A stretch of 64,000 nucleotides of DNA from Pirellulales bacterium. Its GTDB lineage: Bacteria > Planctomycetota > Planctomycetia > Pirellulales > PALSA-1355. Both the position numbers and the translations under genes were made by a program. This document shows positions 1 to 9,018 of the stretch, in pieces. The DNA is taken from assembly GCA_963733035.1 (NCBI GenBank), contig CAVTBU010000005.1, forward strand, positions 1,568,001 to 1,632,000, written 5' to 3'. The notes under the pieces were generated by a model that was not told where the DNA came from, did not search any database, and saw only the letters and a list, made by a program, of their open reading frames with translations. The first letter of the stretch is position 1, and every line of letters begins with the position of its first letter.

Positions 1-56
1 AGTTGGCAATTACGAATGCAGCGCAAGCGACTTTACCTGACGGGCGCAGATCGAGT

Positions 57-1049
57 TCAAGGTTTGCTGGCACGGCTTTGCGGTTCGCTTTGCCCCAGCA
101 GAAGGTCGGCGACGTCCATCGTTTCCCGTTCGGGGAACAGCCGGTTCAGGTACCACAACACACCGCCAAACAGGAACGCGGCCATCAGGATCATGGCGAA
201 ACCGGCGAAATCGTGTGAGAACTTCTGTCCCGCTTCACTCGAGATGTACTGATAACACAGTCCGGTAACAACGATTCGCGCGGTGTTGGCTGCCAGCGCG
301 ACCGGAACCACGCTTAGAAGTAACAGCGCGCGTTCCCACCACGATTTCTTGAAGAACATCAGATAGGCGACTGCCAAGGCAATGATCCCCACCAACATGC
401 GCAAGCCCGAGCAAGCTTGCTCCACGTCGAGCCGATGAGTTCCGAGGTGGATTGTGTATCCTTCACTAATTGCCGGTTGGCCCAGACACTGGAGCGTCCA
501 CACGCTCAGCCTGGTGGCCGCCGAACGAAGCGGCAGGCTTAGCATCTGCTCCATGCGGAAGGGGAGCGGAACCATGAAGTACAGATACAGAGCCGCCGGC
601 AAGCTCCAGCGCGCCAGTCGCCACCCTCCAAAGGTCCACACGACTCCAACGATCCATACTGGTATCGACCACGCGTCAATCGTTGGAATGTACAGAATGG
701 CCGCCGGGATCCGCATGGCGATGCTCAGCAGCACGAGCAACAACCCGGGCCACGCGAACTGAAGGCGGAAGTCCGGAAAGCGATCGCGAGCGTGCCACAA
801 AAAGAAACCCGCCAGCAGCGGCACAAGAAAACCGTGCGAATAGTCGGGCACGGTGTTCCAAGTGTGGATCAGATGGGCTGTCGTTGGCCAGTATGCCCAG
901 AAAAACAAGACCACCAGCGACAGGCCAGCGATCGCGATGGTCGTGCGCGCCTTGCGCGGCGGATTGACCGCTATTTCAGCCGGGGAATCAGGCGAAGGGC
1001 TCGCCTGCGCTCCGACGAGCGGCGACTTTTCGTACACGCTCGAGCCCAT
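57..1049 (-). CDS. Exosortase (EpsH/XrtA family), no fused EpsI domain
   Basis: Multi-TM protein with YSHGFLVPLL, YLYFMVPLP, catalytic Cys in VEQACSGLRML, Arg in ANTARI and His in FSHD. ATG 1049 chosen because it lies 2 nt from the upstream stop. PEP-CTERM substrate genes are adjacent. Confidence 0.93.
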   Translation of the reverse strand: MGSSVYEKSPLVGAQASPSPDSPAEIAVNPPRKARTTIAIAGLSLVVLFFWAYWPTTAHLIHTWNTVPDYSHGFLVPLLAGFFLWHARDRFPDFRLQFAWPGLLLVLLSIAMRIPAAILYIPTIDAWSIPVWIVGVVWTFGGWRLARWSLPAALYLYFMVPLPFRMEQMLSLPLRSAATRLSVWTLQCLGQPAISEGYTIHLGTHRLDVEQACSGLRMLVGIIALAVAYLMFFKKSWWERALLLLSVVPVALAANTARIVVTGLCYQYISSEAGQKFSHDFAGFAMILMAAFLFGGVLWYLNRLFPERETMDVADLLLGQSEPQSRASKP

Positions 1050-1050
1050 G

Positions 1051-1710
1051 CTAGGTGCCGTCTCCAAAGAAACGCACAAACCGCTTATACACGCGATGCG
1101 TCTTTTGCCAGAAATTCGCCCGCGTCATCTCGTCCGTTTCCAGGTAGCTGTCATCGTCGGGGGAGTCGAGCAGGTACTCGCCACAAAATTGCCGTTCGCT
1201 GGGCGATAACGTTTCCAGAAACTCGTTGAGCGAGACATCAACCTGATCATCGTCTGTCGAGTAGTGAGGAGCTCGCTGGCGAGACGCTTTCCCCTCCCGG
1301 ACCCTGCGACGAAGCTCCGAGCGAAAGTGGCGACGGACTTCGTCGCGAGCGATGGCACGCAAGAACGTAATCAGGCGTGCCCCTCTGCCTGGATCGTAGC
1401 GCGTCAAAAGTTCGCCATCGTCTGCCACGAGGGCGTACCATACCCGAGCAGTGATTTCCTCGGCCAGGTTTATATCGCTCGTGCGACCGCTCAAGAGCAC
1501 GCAAACGATTTGAACGAGCTGATGATTGCATTGGGCGTGCAATTCCTCCCACGCGTTGACTTGTCCGGCTACGCACCGCTGAGCAAGATCGCGGTCCGCG
1601 TCGACCAACCGCTTGCGAGCAGCTTCCACTTCGGCCTGCGTTTGCAATGCCTCATCTGCAGGCGGCGCCTCCAACAGTTGACTGCTCGACGGCTTTTGTC
1701 TTCGCTTCAC
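1051..1710 (-). CDS. ECF sigma-70-like RNA polymerase sigma factor
   Basis: Sigma2-like DRDLAQRCVAGQVNAWEEL...AEEITARVW...RYDPGRGARLITFLRAIARD and sigma4-like LETLSPSERQ...TRANFWQKTHR, with an atypical acidic stretch. GTG start is uncertain. Confidence 0.72.
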   Translation of the reverse strand: MKRRQKPSSSQLLEAPPADEALQTQAEVEAARKRLVDADRDLAQRCVAGQVNAWEELHAQCNHQLVQIVCVLLSGRTSDINLAEEITARVWYALVADDGELLTRYDPGRGARLITFLRAIARDEVRRHFRSELRRRVREGKASRQRAPHYSTDDDQVDVSLNEFLETLSPSERQFCGEYLLDSPDDDSYLETDEMTRANFWQKTHRVYKRFVRFFGDGT

Positions 1711-2701
1711 GCTGGTCTTATGGCTTTTTCAAAACCTGCAACGTAACTTAAGCGCCGGAGACAAATACGCGGCCTCCTACTGCGCCCAATTTGCGCGTAC
1801 TCCGTTCCCGTGGGTGACGTTGCACCCATTCCCAAACGATTGGAAAGCGCGTCCAGGCGACTAGTGGCCGTCGAATCCGTCGACGGCGCATACGACATCC
1901 ACGGCTCTCAGCCCGGCTCGGACAACGAGCGCCACAATCTCCGTCCAATCAGCGAATCAACAATTCAATGGTGTGCGGAACGGCAGGATTCTGGACAGTC
2001 CCAGCCCCGGCACGGGCTGGATCGCCGGGGCGGCCGAAGCGCATGAACGACGCGTCGACCGCGAACCGGCTGGTTCAGACAGATTTGATGCGGAACCCGA
2101 TACCCGGGGCGCCTCGCGCCACGAGCCACGACTCGCGAATCAAACTGCGTCAAGAAGCTTGCGTTCGTAGAGGAAACCCGGCCAGAACAGACAACAATCC
2201 GTGGAAATACCAACATTTTCCGGTCCAGTTTTTCGGTCGTTCGGCTACGAACCGACTGCAAATCGAACCGACTTTCAGCGGCAGAGTTCCACACGGTTGT
2301 TGCCCCCAGTTGCTAGCGGGTCTCCTCTATAAGCAACAAGGCGCATTTGGTCGTTGAAAGCGGACACGCTTGTGTCGCAGAGCGTATCAGCCAGAGCCGA
2401 TGATAGATTAGTAAGTCATTCTTGATGCGTCGGTTGCGCTTTCCAAAATTCTCCTAAAATTCTTTTTGGGTTCGTAGGTCTGATCGGCTACCGACGTCAG
2501 CGACCCACCGTCCCCCCCATATTCTTTACTCCATGGCATAGATCAAACGACGCCCAACAATGATCACGGATCGGATCTTCGCAGTCGAGATGACCTGAAC
2601 GCCGAGTGACAGGTTTGACTGAAATGATCGAGAATTGGCTGTAATCTTCAATCTTCGATAGGCAAGGAAGAGCCATCTCAGTCGCGGGGTGACCTTAGTT
2701 A

Positions 2702-2716
2702 TGACACAAAATGTCA
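2702..2716. promoter_or_regulatory. Palindromic box TGACA-N5-TGTCA
   Basis: TGACACAAAATGTCA, upstream of the PEP-CTERM gene at 2877. The same box occurs at 8184, 10654 and 11835. Confidence 0.6.
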
Positions 2717-2773
2717 GCACTTGTCCGCGGCGTCGGTTTTCGCAAAAAAACATCTCCACGACTTTAGAAATAC

Positions 2774-2802
2774 TTGACATTCACCGCTGGCTCGGTTTTA
2801 AT
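2774..2802 (+). promoter_or_regulatory. Sigma70-type promoter
   Basis: TTGACA-N17-TTTAAT, ending 75 nt upstream of ATG 2877. Confidence 0.7.
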
Positions 2803-2876
2803 TTGCTTCATCGCGGTTGTCCGCGTTCAACATTGCCGATCAGCCAAGAACATTCATGCATACGGAGAAACGTCTA

Positions 2877-3257
2877 ATGCGTCGCATCTTGAGCCACTTT
2901 GCGTTTTGTTCTCTGGCGGCGGCAATCGTCTTCTCGGCTGCCACGGCACGAGCTGAAAGTATCTCGTTTGCCGACGGATACGAGGGCAGCGTAAACGCGG
3001 CAGCCGATGAAGCGTTGACCAGCGAATCCGCTGTTGAAGCTTCGACGCTTGTCAGCGACAAATCTCTGGACGCTGAATTCACATTTACCAGCCCTTCATC
3101 GGCGAGCGAAGTTGCCTCGTCGCAGTCAGTGAATCTGACGCCGGTCGGCATTATGGTCGCCACCTCGGCCACGGCCACCGTCCCGGAGCCAGCAACTCTG
3201 GTATTGCTTGGCCTTGGTTTTCTGGGCGTACTGGTTGCCCGTAGGCGAAGTCGCTGA
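2877..3257 (+). CDS. Small Ser/Ala/Thr-rich PEP-CTERM protein (canonical tail)
   Basis: Signal peptide MRRILSHF...ATARA and C-terminus VPEPATLVLLGLGFLGVLVARRRSR. GGAG precedes ATG 2877. Confidence 0.9.
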   Translation: MRRILSHFAFCSLAAAIVFSAATARAESISFADGYEGSVNAAADEALTSESAVEASTLVSDKSLDAEFTFTSPSSASEVASSQSVNLTPVGIMVATSATATVPEPATLVLLGLGFLGVLVARRRSR

Positions 3258-3315
3258 TTCATTTGCTGATCGCAACAAATACGTTGAACCGTGCAAACCA
3301 GTTTGCACTGCAAAT

Positions 3316-3339
3316 AGGACTGCTCGCCAGTCCTTTTTT
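3316..3339 (+). terminator. Intrinsic terminator
   Basis: AGGACTG-ctcgc-CAGTCCT followed by TTTTT, about 60 nt after the stop at 3257. Confidence 0.6.
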
Positions 3340-3584
3340 GCGCGCCCGCCCTTCGAATGCACATACGCCCTGCGGCAACAGTTAATGCTTTTGATTTGAG
3401 CGGCCATTCATCCGACCGACTTGACTCTTGCAGGAACCTCGTCCAGCAGCGATGCTGAAAAACCGTGGGCATCGAGCGTCGCAAACCGTACCGCTCGACT
3501 AGGTCTGACAGGTCGCGGTTTCAAGATCAACCGGTGACGTGTCTTCCCGGTGTGCGGCAGCCGGCGCGGTTGGAGAGTCATGTG

Positions 3585-4694
3585 ATGCGGCAAAGCATGC
3601 TAGTTTTGACAATCTGCTGTATCGCGGCCAACCTATCTCAAGCCAGCGTCGCGGTCGTGACGAACCGCACGGACAGGACCGTGTCGTTTCGCTTGGCTAC
3701 CGAGGACGCGGATACCTCGCGCAATGCCGAGCAAGTGATCGAGCAAGGGGATTGCTTGCCGATCCCGCTGTCGGGCCAGGCACAGTTGTCGATCGTTTCG
3801 GGTGGAAAGCGCAAGCAATACCGCGTGAATCCTACCGCCATGTACTACTTCTATTTGAACAGCGCCGGGGAAATTGACTTCAGTCAGATCGGGTTGCAGG
3901 AGCCGCCTGGTGCCAACGTTGCTCCCATCGTCGCTGCTCGGGTAGCTGGCGCACCATTGACTCCCAGGAAATCGGGATCGGTCGTAATCCCGGTCAAGAT
4001 CCTGTATGACGATGCCGAGGTGTTGACTCGCAAAGCGTGGGAAGCTCGCATGCGGAGACGATTTGAAGAAGTCTCGCGCATTTTCCGGAAGCACTGTTTC
4101 GTTGAATTTCAAATCGTCGCGGTTGACAGCTGGCAGCGGCCAACCGCTGTGCAGGCACTGTTACCTACCATGGAGGAGTTTGAGAAGGCCGTTGATCCGG
4201 CGCCTGCGCAGGTGGCAATCGGATTCCTGGGACAGCCAATCAAAAAGAGGCCTGAAGATGGTCACCTCGGTGGCACGCGGGGACCGCTGAGCACGCACGT
4301 GTTAGTTCGTGAGTGGGTCAACGAAAACACGGAGCGGGAATGCTTGGAACTCCTGGTGCACGAACTGGGCCACTTCCTCGGTGCCGTTCATAGCCCCGAA
4401 GTCAATTCGGTCATGCGGCCAAATCTCGGGGACCGCTATGCGCGATCTCCATATTTTCGGATCGTTTTCGACCCGCTAAACACATTGGCCATGTGCCTGG
4501 TCAGTCAAGAACTGGCTGCCAATCGAACGCTTCGATTCGCGCAGCTAAGCCCTTGGACCAAGTTGGAATTGAAGGCGATCTACTACAACCTGGATCGCGC
4601 GAATCCCAAAGATCCAGCCGCAGGCAGCTATTTGCGCGCCTTGGGGGATATCTCTCCCCGACGAACCGGTCCGGACCCGATCCTGGGAGAATAG
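3585..4694 (+). CDS. Secreted zinc metallopeptidase (metzincin)
   Basis: HELGHFLGAVH (HExxHxxGxxH) plus Met-turn NSVM. Signal peptide starts at ATG 3585, preceded by GGAG. Confidence 0.85.
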   Translation: MRQSMLVLTICCIAANLSQASVAVVTNRTDRTVSFRLATEDADTSRNAEQVIEQGDCLPIPLSGQAQLSIVSGGKRKQYRVNPTAMYYFYLNSAGEIDFSQIGLQEPPGANVAPIVAARVAGAPLTPRKSGSVVIPVKILYDDAEVLTRKAWEARMRRRFEEVSRIFRKHCFVEFQIVAVDSWQRPTAVQALLPTMEEFEKAVDPAPAQVAIGFLGQPIKKRPEDGHLGGTRGPLSTHVLVREWVNENTERECLELLVHELGHFLGAVHSPEVNSVMRPNLGDRYARSPYFRIVFDPLNTLAMCLVSQELAANRTLRFAQLSPWTKLELKAIYYNLDRANPKDPAAGSYLRALGDISPRRTGPDPILGE

Positions 4695-4883
4695 AGATAC
4701 CGGCAATCGCGCATCGGTCGAGCATGGAAAATCATCGGGAGTGACCCGGCTAAGATGCGGGCGATCACGCTTGGGTTTTCAGCAGGCTGCCAACCGGTCA
4801 CCGGACCGCCCCAGTCGCGCGTGTTCCGACTCACAGTATGCTGCGCCACGGGGAGCGGAATGCACGCTCGTACCCGATCGCAA

Positions 4884-5780
4884 TTAGGCCCGCGGTCCGG
4901 ACACGGCATCCAAAATGGCTTGGCGCGTATCGCTTGACCAGCGTCCCTGCGCAACTTCCCGGCGTCGACGTCCCACGGTCAATCCGGCCGCACCTCCGGC
5001 CAGTAATGACCACACAACAAGGCTTGCCGGCTCGGGCACGGCGGCGCCCACCTGTGCGTCGGCAACAATGACCCCGTAGGCTTGGTCCTGATTGAGCGGG
5101 TTTGTCAATGCCCAGACCGTCGCGTTCGGCGATGCACTACCCAGGTTGCTTAAGAAAAACTGCGCCTCCGCCAGCATGTTCGCGGCAGCGCCCGTGGGCG
5201 TGTTTGTAACTCGCAAATTGCCCGTGCTGAAGCTGGAAGAAGCACCGTCGTATACTAACTTCCAGAGCGCGATCTGGTAGGCACCCGCCCACTCTCGACG
5301 GTCTTGAGTCGTCAGATTTGGATCGCTGAGGATCATCTGCGGATCCGGGTAAAAATTTGAAAAGAGCGCAGTAATTTCTCCCGCGATTGTCGCGTCGATT
5401 TGAGCTCCCGGATTGGGGGCACCGACTAAACCAGCGACCGTCCAACTCTGCAAGTGCCCCCAGTACACATCTTGCACGACTTCGATGCACGAAGTGTAAA
5501 AGTTGTCGACCGGGCTGCCGTTTACCGCAGCGTTGGTCCAATAAAGTAGCCCGCCCTGATCCGAGCCCCAGGTCGTGCTTGTAGGGCTCCCGTTGTTGTA
5601 GAGCCGAAAGTTTACTCCGGAGACGCCCAGGATCGAACCGTTCTGCGTCAGGTATCCCTGGACTTGATCATTTAATTGCAGGTCCAACGCCGCCATCAGC
5701 TGATGCCCGTTGCCGAGCACTACGGCGACAGCCAGGGAGGCTAGAATCGTGCGAGCAAGACTCTGTAACTTCATGGACAT
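4884..5780 (-). CDS. PEP-CTERM protein (Trp-type tail) with candidate Cys-Gln thioester domain
   Basis: Signal peptide, FYTSCIE and YQIALW motifs, tail VPEPASLVVWSLLAGGAAGLTVGRRRR plus a 24-aa extension. Confidence 0.9.
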   Translation of the reverse strand: MSMKLQSLARTILASLAVAVVLGNGHQLMAALDLQLNDQVQGYLTQNGSILGVSGVNFRLYNNGSPTSTTWGSDQGGLLYWTNAAVNGSPVDNFYTSCIEVVQDVYWGHLQSWTVAGLVGAPNPGAQIDATIAGEITALFSNFYPDPQMILSDPNLTTQDRREWAGAYQIALWKLVYDGASSSFSTGNLRVTNTPTGAAANMLAEAQFFLSNLGSASPNATVWALTNPLNQDQAYGVIVADAQVGAAVPEPASLVVWSLLAGGAAGLTVGRRRREVAQGRWSSDTRQAILDAVSGPRA

Positions 5781-5849
5781 AACAATCTCTATCTCAGGCT
5801 GTGATTCTTGATGCGGGGAAGATCGTGTTATCGCTTTTATCTACCCTCC

Positions 5850-5879
5850 TATAGACCGCCACACGATTTTCCTGACAAA
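5850..5879 (-). promoter_or_regulatory. ECF-type promoter motif, copy 1
   Basis: Coding strand reads TTTGTCAGG-N13-GGTCTATA. Confidence 0.7.
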
Positions 5880-6074
5880 AAAACCTCCCAATTTACCAAT
5901 TCGGCGCGGCGAGGGATTCTTAAATCAGGACGTCGGACACGGCTTGTCCGCTCCTGCGGCCAGAATTGACCATGAGAAAGCTGAAGGTCGCGAGTGACTG
6001 GAATCGGCGCTGCTCAGATTTGCGAGCTCGGCGAGAAAGGCAGATGGGAGCTTGAGCCCGTTTTCGTGGTGAGT

Positions 6075-6765
6075 TCAGCCCTGAGACTTCTTGCGGCGCC
6101 AACCGATGCCCATTGCAAGGGAACTTAGCAAAGTCCACACGATCAGGCTGGTGGGCTCAGGAACCGCAGCTGTTCCCGACATTTCGACCCGCAGCGCCGA
6201 TGGATTGGCGTTGCCGCTATTGTCACCAGGAGCGGAGCCACCGTTGTGAATTACGAATTCCAAGGTGTTCAATCCTGACACGAAGCCACTGGTAATCGTG
6301 AACGGGGCGAATCCCGAACTGAATTGCGTAAACGAGGTGGCGACAGTACCGATCGAAACACCGTTTATTTTGATGTCCACGCCATCGTTGTCGCTTGACC
6401 AGGCACCACTGATACTAGCCGTCGACGGATTGAGGCCGGTCAAATCGAACGTCGTTTCATAGACGTAATTTCCTGGAGGGGAGTTCAGGTCCGGGTCGTT
6501 GTTTGGGCCAATCCAACGGGACAACGAATTATCGCCCAAGTAGGGCGGGATTGGAAAGTTGCTCGCGGACGTTATGACTCGAATGTCGGTGGATCCACTG
6601 GGCACCGACGTCAAAGTGTAATGTGGGTCCCCAATCGTGCCGTCGGGCAGGACGGCTCCAGAAGCATCGACGCCTGTGTTGAACAAGGTCGTAATGATGG
6701 CTCCCTGGGCGTGTCCGACTTCGAAGGCCAACACGATTCCAAGCATGCCGACAGATCCGTTTCAT
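6075..6765 (-). CDS. PEP-CTERM protein (Trp-type tail), beta-rich domain paralogous to 7048-7800
   Basis: Tail VPEPTSLIVWTLLSSLAMGIGWRRKK. The open frame starts at ATG 6746. ATG 6765 (MKRI, good RBS) joins it with a 1-nt indel and completes the signal peptide. Confidence 0.88.
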
Positions 6766-6875
6766 TTTCCAGTCCCTTGACGAGTCGAGGCGGTTCCGCA
6801 GGCGAAAGCTAAAGTCGTCGCGACGCGGGTTCCACGAAATGGGTCCATAGGTCCATATCCATACTTTCAGTTTCT

Positions 6876-6905
6876 ATTAGGTTCGCCAAGCATGGTATCC
6901 TGACA
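6876..6905 (-). promoter_or_regulatory. ECF-type promoter motif, copy 2
   Basis: Coding strand reads TGTCAGG-N15-AACCTAAT. This is the most divergent copy. Confidence 0.55.
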
Positions 6906-6991
6906 CAAACCTCGAAAAAATAGTTATTCACCAGGGAATGCCATGTAGATTCATTAAGCGTCGAGTACGATTTCAAGAGCCAAATGACAGC

Positions 6992-7140
6992 AGCCGGAGC
7001 AGACCAGAGTGCGCCCCGGCTCAGTGGATTCGCTCGGCGACCAATTCCTAAGCAGCTCGTTTGCGTCGTCGCCAGCAACCAGCGCCGCCCAGGACTAACC
7101 CGAGGAGGGACCAAACAACGAGGCTGCCGGGTTCGGGAAC
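6992..7140. repeat. Direct repeat copy A (PEP-CTERM tail plus 3' hairpin)
   Basis: Ungapped match to 8291-8439, about 81% identical by manual count, including 56 non-coding nt. Confidence 0.85.
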
Positions 7141-7800
7141 CGAAGCTGATAGGAACTCTGCTCGAAGACCCGTCGGATTGCCGCTTCCGCCAGATGCGTT
7201 TGTCACTCGGAACTCTAAGGTATTTGCCCCAGCTACCAAGCCAACTGAAGAATTCAGTTCAAAATTCGTCCAAGTTCCAAAACCCAACGATGACGGCAAA
7301 ACTAGATTCCCATTCAAGAATAGCTGCCCCGAGTTGTCAGTTGCCCAATGCCCGTCAACCACCAAGTAGGAACCTGGCGCCGTGAACGTAAGCGAGTAGG
7401 TGTAAAGCCCCGCAGGAGCCGTCGACGGCCATATTCCACTGCCTGAATTTGCAAACTGGGTCGGAGTAATCCAGCTGGAACCACTTGACCCGGGAGCGTC
7501 ATTGGCAAGCCAATGACCATAAGCTGGGTTCGTCGTTGAGACACCCGAATTAGGCGGGGCTGCCGTTGTTGTTAGCGTGTAGTGCGTATCGAAAGCAACT
7601 GGAGCTAAGACTTTGTCGGCGGAGTCGGTGCCCGTGTTATAGAGGCCAATGCTCGGCAATGAAATTGCGGCCGATGCGTTCCCTGGCAGGCAGGTTGAAA
7701 CAGCGCCAGCGATCGCTAGAAATGCCAAGCCCCGATTTCCGAACAGCAAAAAGTCTTTATAACACATAGCCCACGTTTCCTTGTAGGTTGTTCGATTCAT
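7048..7800 (-). CDS. PEP-CTERM protein (Trp-type tail)
   Basis: Tail VPEPGSLVVWSLLGLVLGGAGCWRRRKR. Shares NTG-D-HY-WI-W-DN-NTLEF-LR-E pattern with 6075-6765. Start may be ATG 7767. Confidence 0.9.
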   Translation of the reverse strand: MNRTTYKETWAMCYKDFLLFGNRGLAFLAIAGAVSTCLPGNASAAISLPSIGLYNTGTDSADKVLAPVAFDTHYTLTTTAAPPNSGVSTTNPAYGHWLANDAPGSSGSSWITPTQFANSGSGIWPSTAPAGLYTYSLTFTAPGSYLVVDGHWATDNSGQLFLNGNLVLPSSLGFGTWTNFELNSSVGLVAGANTLEFRVTNASGGSGNPTGLRAEFLSASVPEPGSLVVWSLLGLVLGGAGCWRRRKRAA

Positions 7801-7982
7801 GTTGCTCTATGATATCGCTAAAACCCTGCTTCATTATCGGGGCGATTCGTAGGCCACTCTTTTGCCGTCGTAGCCACACCAACCGGCCCCACCGATAGTC
7901 ATGATCTCGCGTAGCGACCAGCACACTGCCGCTTATCTATCGCAGCTTTGTGGCGGCCTTAAACCGGCCCAACGCTACAAGC

Positions 7983-8014
7983 TTTAGGCCGGCAAACCCG
8001 GGAACCTGACAAAA
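7983..8014 (-). promoter_or_regulatory. ECF-type promoter motif, copy 3
   Basis: Coding strand reads TTTTGTCAGG-N14-GGCCTAAA. Confidence 0.7.
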
Positions 8015-8183
8015 GATTGGCCTTTCTGCGATCATATCCATCAGAGATTGGCAAGGCGTCCGAGCAGCGACTTGGCGAAACGACTGCCCGGCGAGGAAAA
8101 AGTGCACTAGGACGCGAAAACCGGGCGAAAAGCGATTCGGCAGTAGCGACCAGTCCGCTCGGCAATCCATTGTTCCAAAGGTC

Positions 8184-8198
8184 TGACAGTTTCTGTCA
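8184..8198. promoter_or_regulatory. Palindromic box TGACA-N5-TGTCA
   Basis: TGACAGTTTCTGTCA inside the longer inverted repeat GGTCTGACAG-TTT-CTGTCAGGCC. Intergenic. Confidence 0.5.
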
Positions 8199-8282
8199 GG
8201 CCGAACGCAACCGATTGCTCTTAGAGTTGTGTTCGATCGGAGTACCATTTTACTGCAAGCGCTCGCTTTGCCAGAAGACGGA

Positions 8283-8320
8283 AACAGAAAAGCCGGAGCA
8301 GAACAAAGTCTGCCCCGGCT
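8283..8320 (-). terminator. Intrinsic terminator of 8347-8931
   Basis: Minus strand reads AGCCGGGGCAGA-ctttgt-TCTGCTCCGGCT followed by TTTCTGTTT. Confidence 0.65.
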
Positions 8321-8439
8321 CATTGGATTCGCTCCGCGGCCAATTCCTAAACCGCTCGTTTGCGTCGTCGCCAGAAGCCGGCGCTGCCAATTGCCAAGCC
8401 GAGCATGGACCACACGACCAAGCTTGCCGGTTCGGGAAC
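8291..8439. repeat. Direct repeat copy B (PEP-CTERM tail plus 3' hairpin)
   Basis: Matches 6992-7140. Confidence 0.85.
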
Positions 8440-8931
8440 AATCGACGCGTTTAGTGCTTCGGCCGTTGGAGTTGGCGATGCCCCGTTAGTGAAAGTCCAG
8501 TTATGTCCGCTCCAACTGGCGAGTGCGGAATCGACCAAGGTGCTACCCCGGTACGCGAACAGGTTGACCGAAAGGGGAGTGCTACTGGATCCGATGAACC
8601 AAAGATTGAAAGTGATATTCGTGGTTAGAGGTCCCTGTGCGATGCCCAGCGTACGATTGAGACCAACGCCAGCGGTGGGCTGGTCCGTCCAGCCAGCGAC
8701 TGAAATACTTCGAAATACCTGCGCTTCAAGCGGCCCGCCGGAGACGATTTGGGCGGCTATCATGTCGAAAGTTCCAACTCCACTCTCATTGATACCCTGG
8801 CCCCAACTGTTTCCCTCTATTGGGTCGCCAATTGCCGTGATCGAAGCTGAAGATTGCGAGATACCGACGGTGAGGATTAGCGCCACCGTTGTAAATCGCA
8901 CAATTCGCACGAAAAGATCGCTCGTTCGCAT
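8347..8931 (-). CDS. PEP-CTERM protein (Trp-type tail)
   Basis: Signal peptide from ATG 8931 (MRTSDLF...SSA) and tail VPEPASLVVWSMLGLAIGSAGFWRRRKR. Confidence 0.9.
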   Translation of the reverse strand: MRTSDLFVRIVRFTTVALILTVGISQSSASITAIGDPIEGNSWGQGINESGVGTFDMIAAQIVSGGPLEAQVFRSISVAGWTDQPTAGVGLNRTLGIAQGPLTTNITFNLWFIGSSSTPLSVNLFAYRGSTLVDSALASWSGHNWTFTNGASPTPTAEALNASIVPEPASLVVWSMLGLAIGSAGFWRRRKRAV

Positions 8932-8987
8932 TACATCGCTCCGGCGGTGTGTCTCTTGAATGTGCTGGAAGACTTTTTCTAACTGTA

Positions 8988-9018
8988 TATAGGCCGACGG
9001 CGGACGATCACTGACAAA
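8988..9018 (-). promoter_or_regulatory. ECF-type promoter motif, copy 4
   Basis: Coding strand reads TTTGTCAGT-N14-GGCCTATA. Confidence 0.7.

Noticed and set aside
1707..2780. Short ORFs upstream of the sigma gene (1707-1898, 1965-2294, 1968-2357) as an anti-sigma or leader peptide
   Set aside because: No TM segment, zinc-binding motif or recognisable domain. The GTGA overlap of 1707-1898 with the sigma start is suggestive but not sufficient.
6992..8439. Direct repeats as a CRISPR array, integron attC sites or a DGR template/variable pair
   Set aside because: Only two copies, explained by the tail and terminator. No cas gene, integron integrase or reverse transcriptase is present, and mismatches are not adenine-specific.
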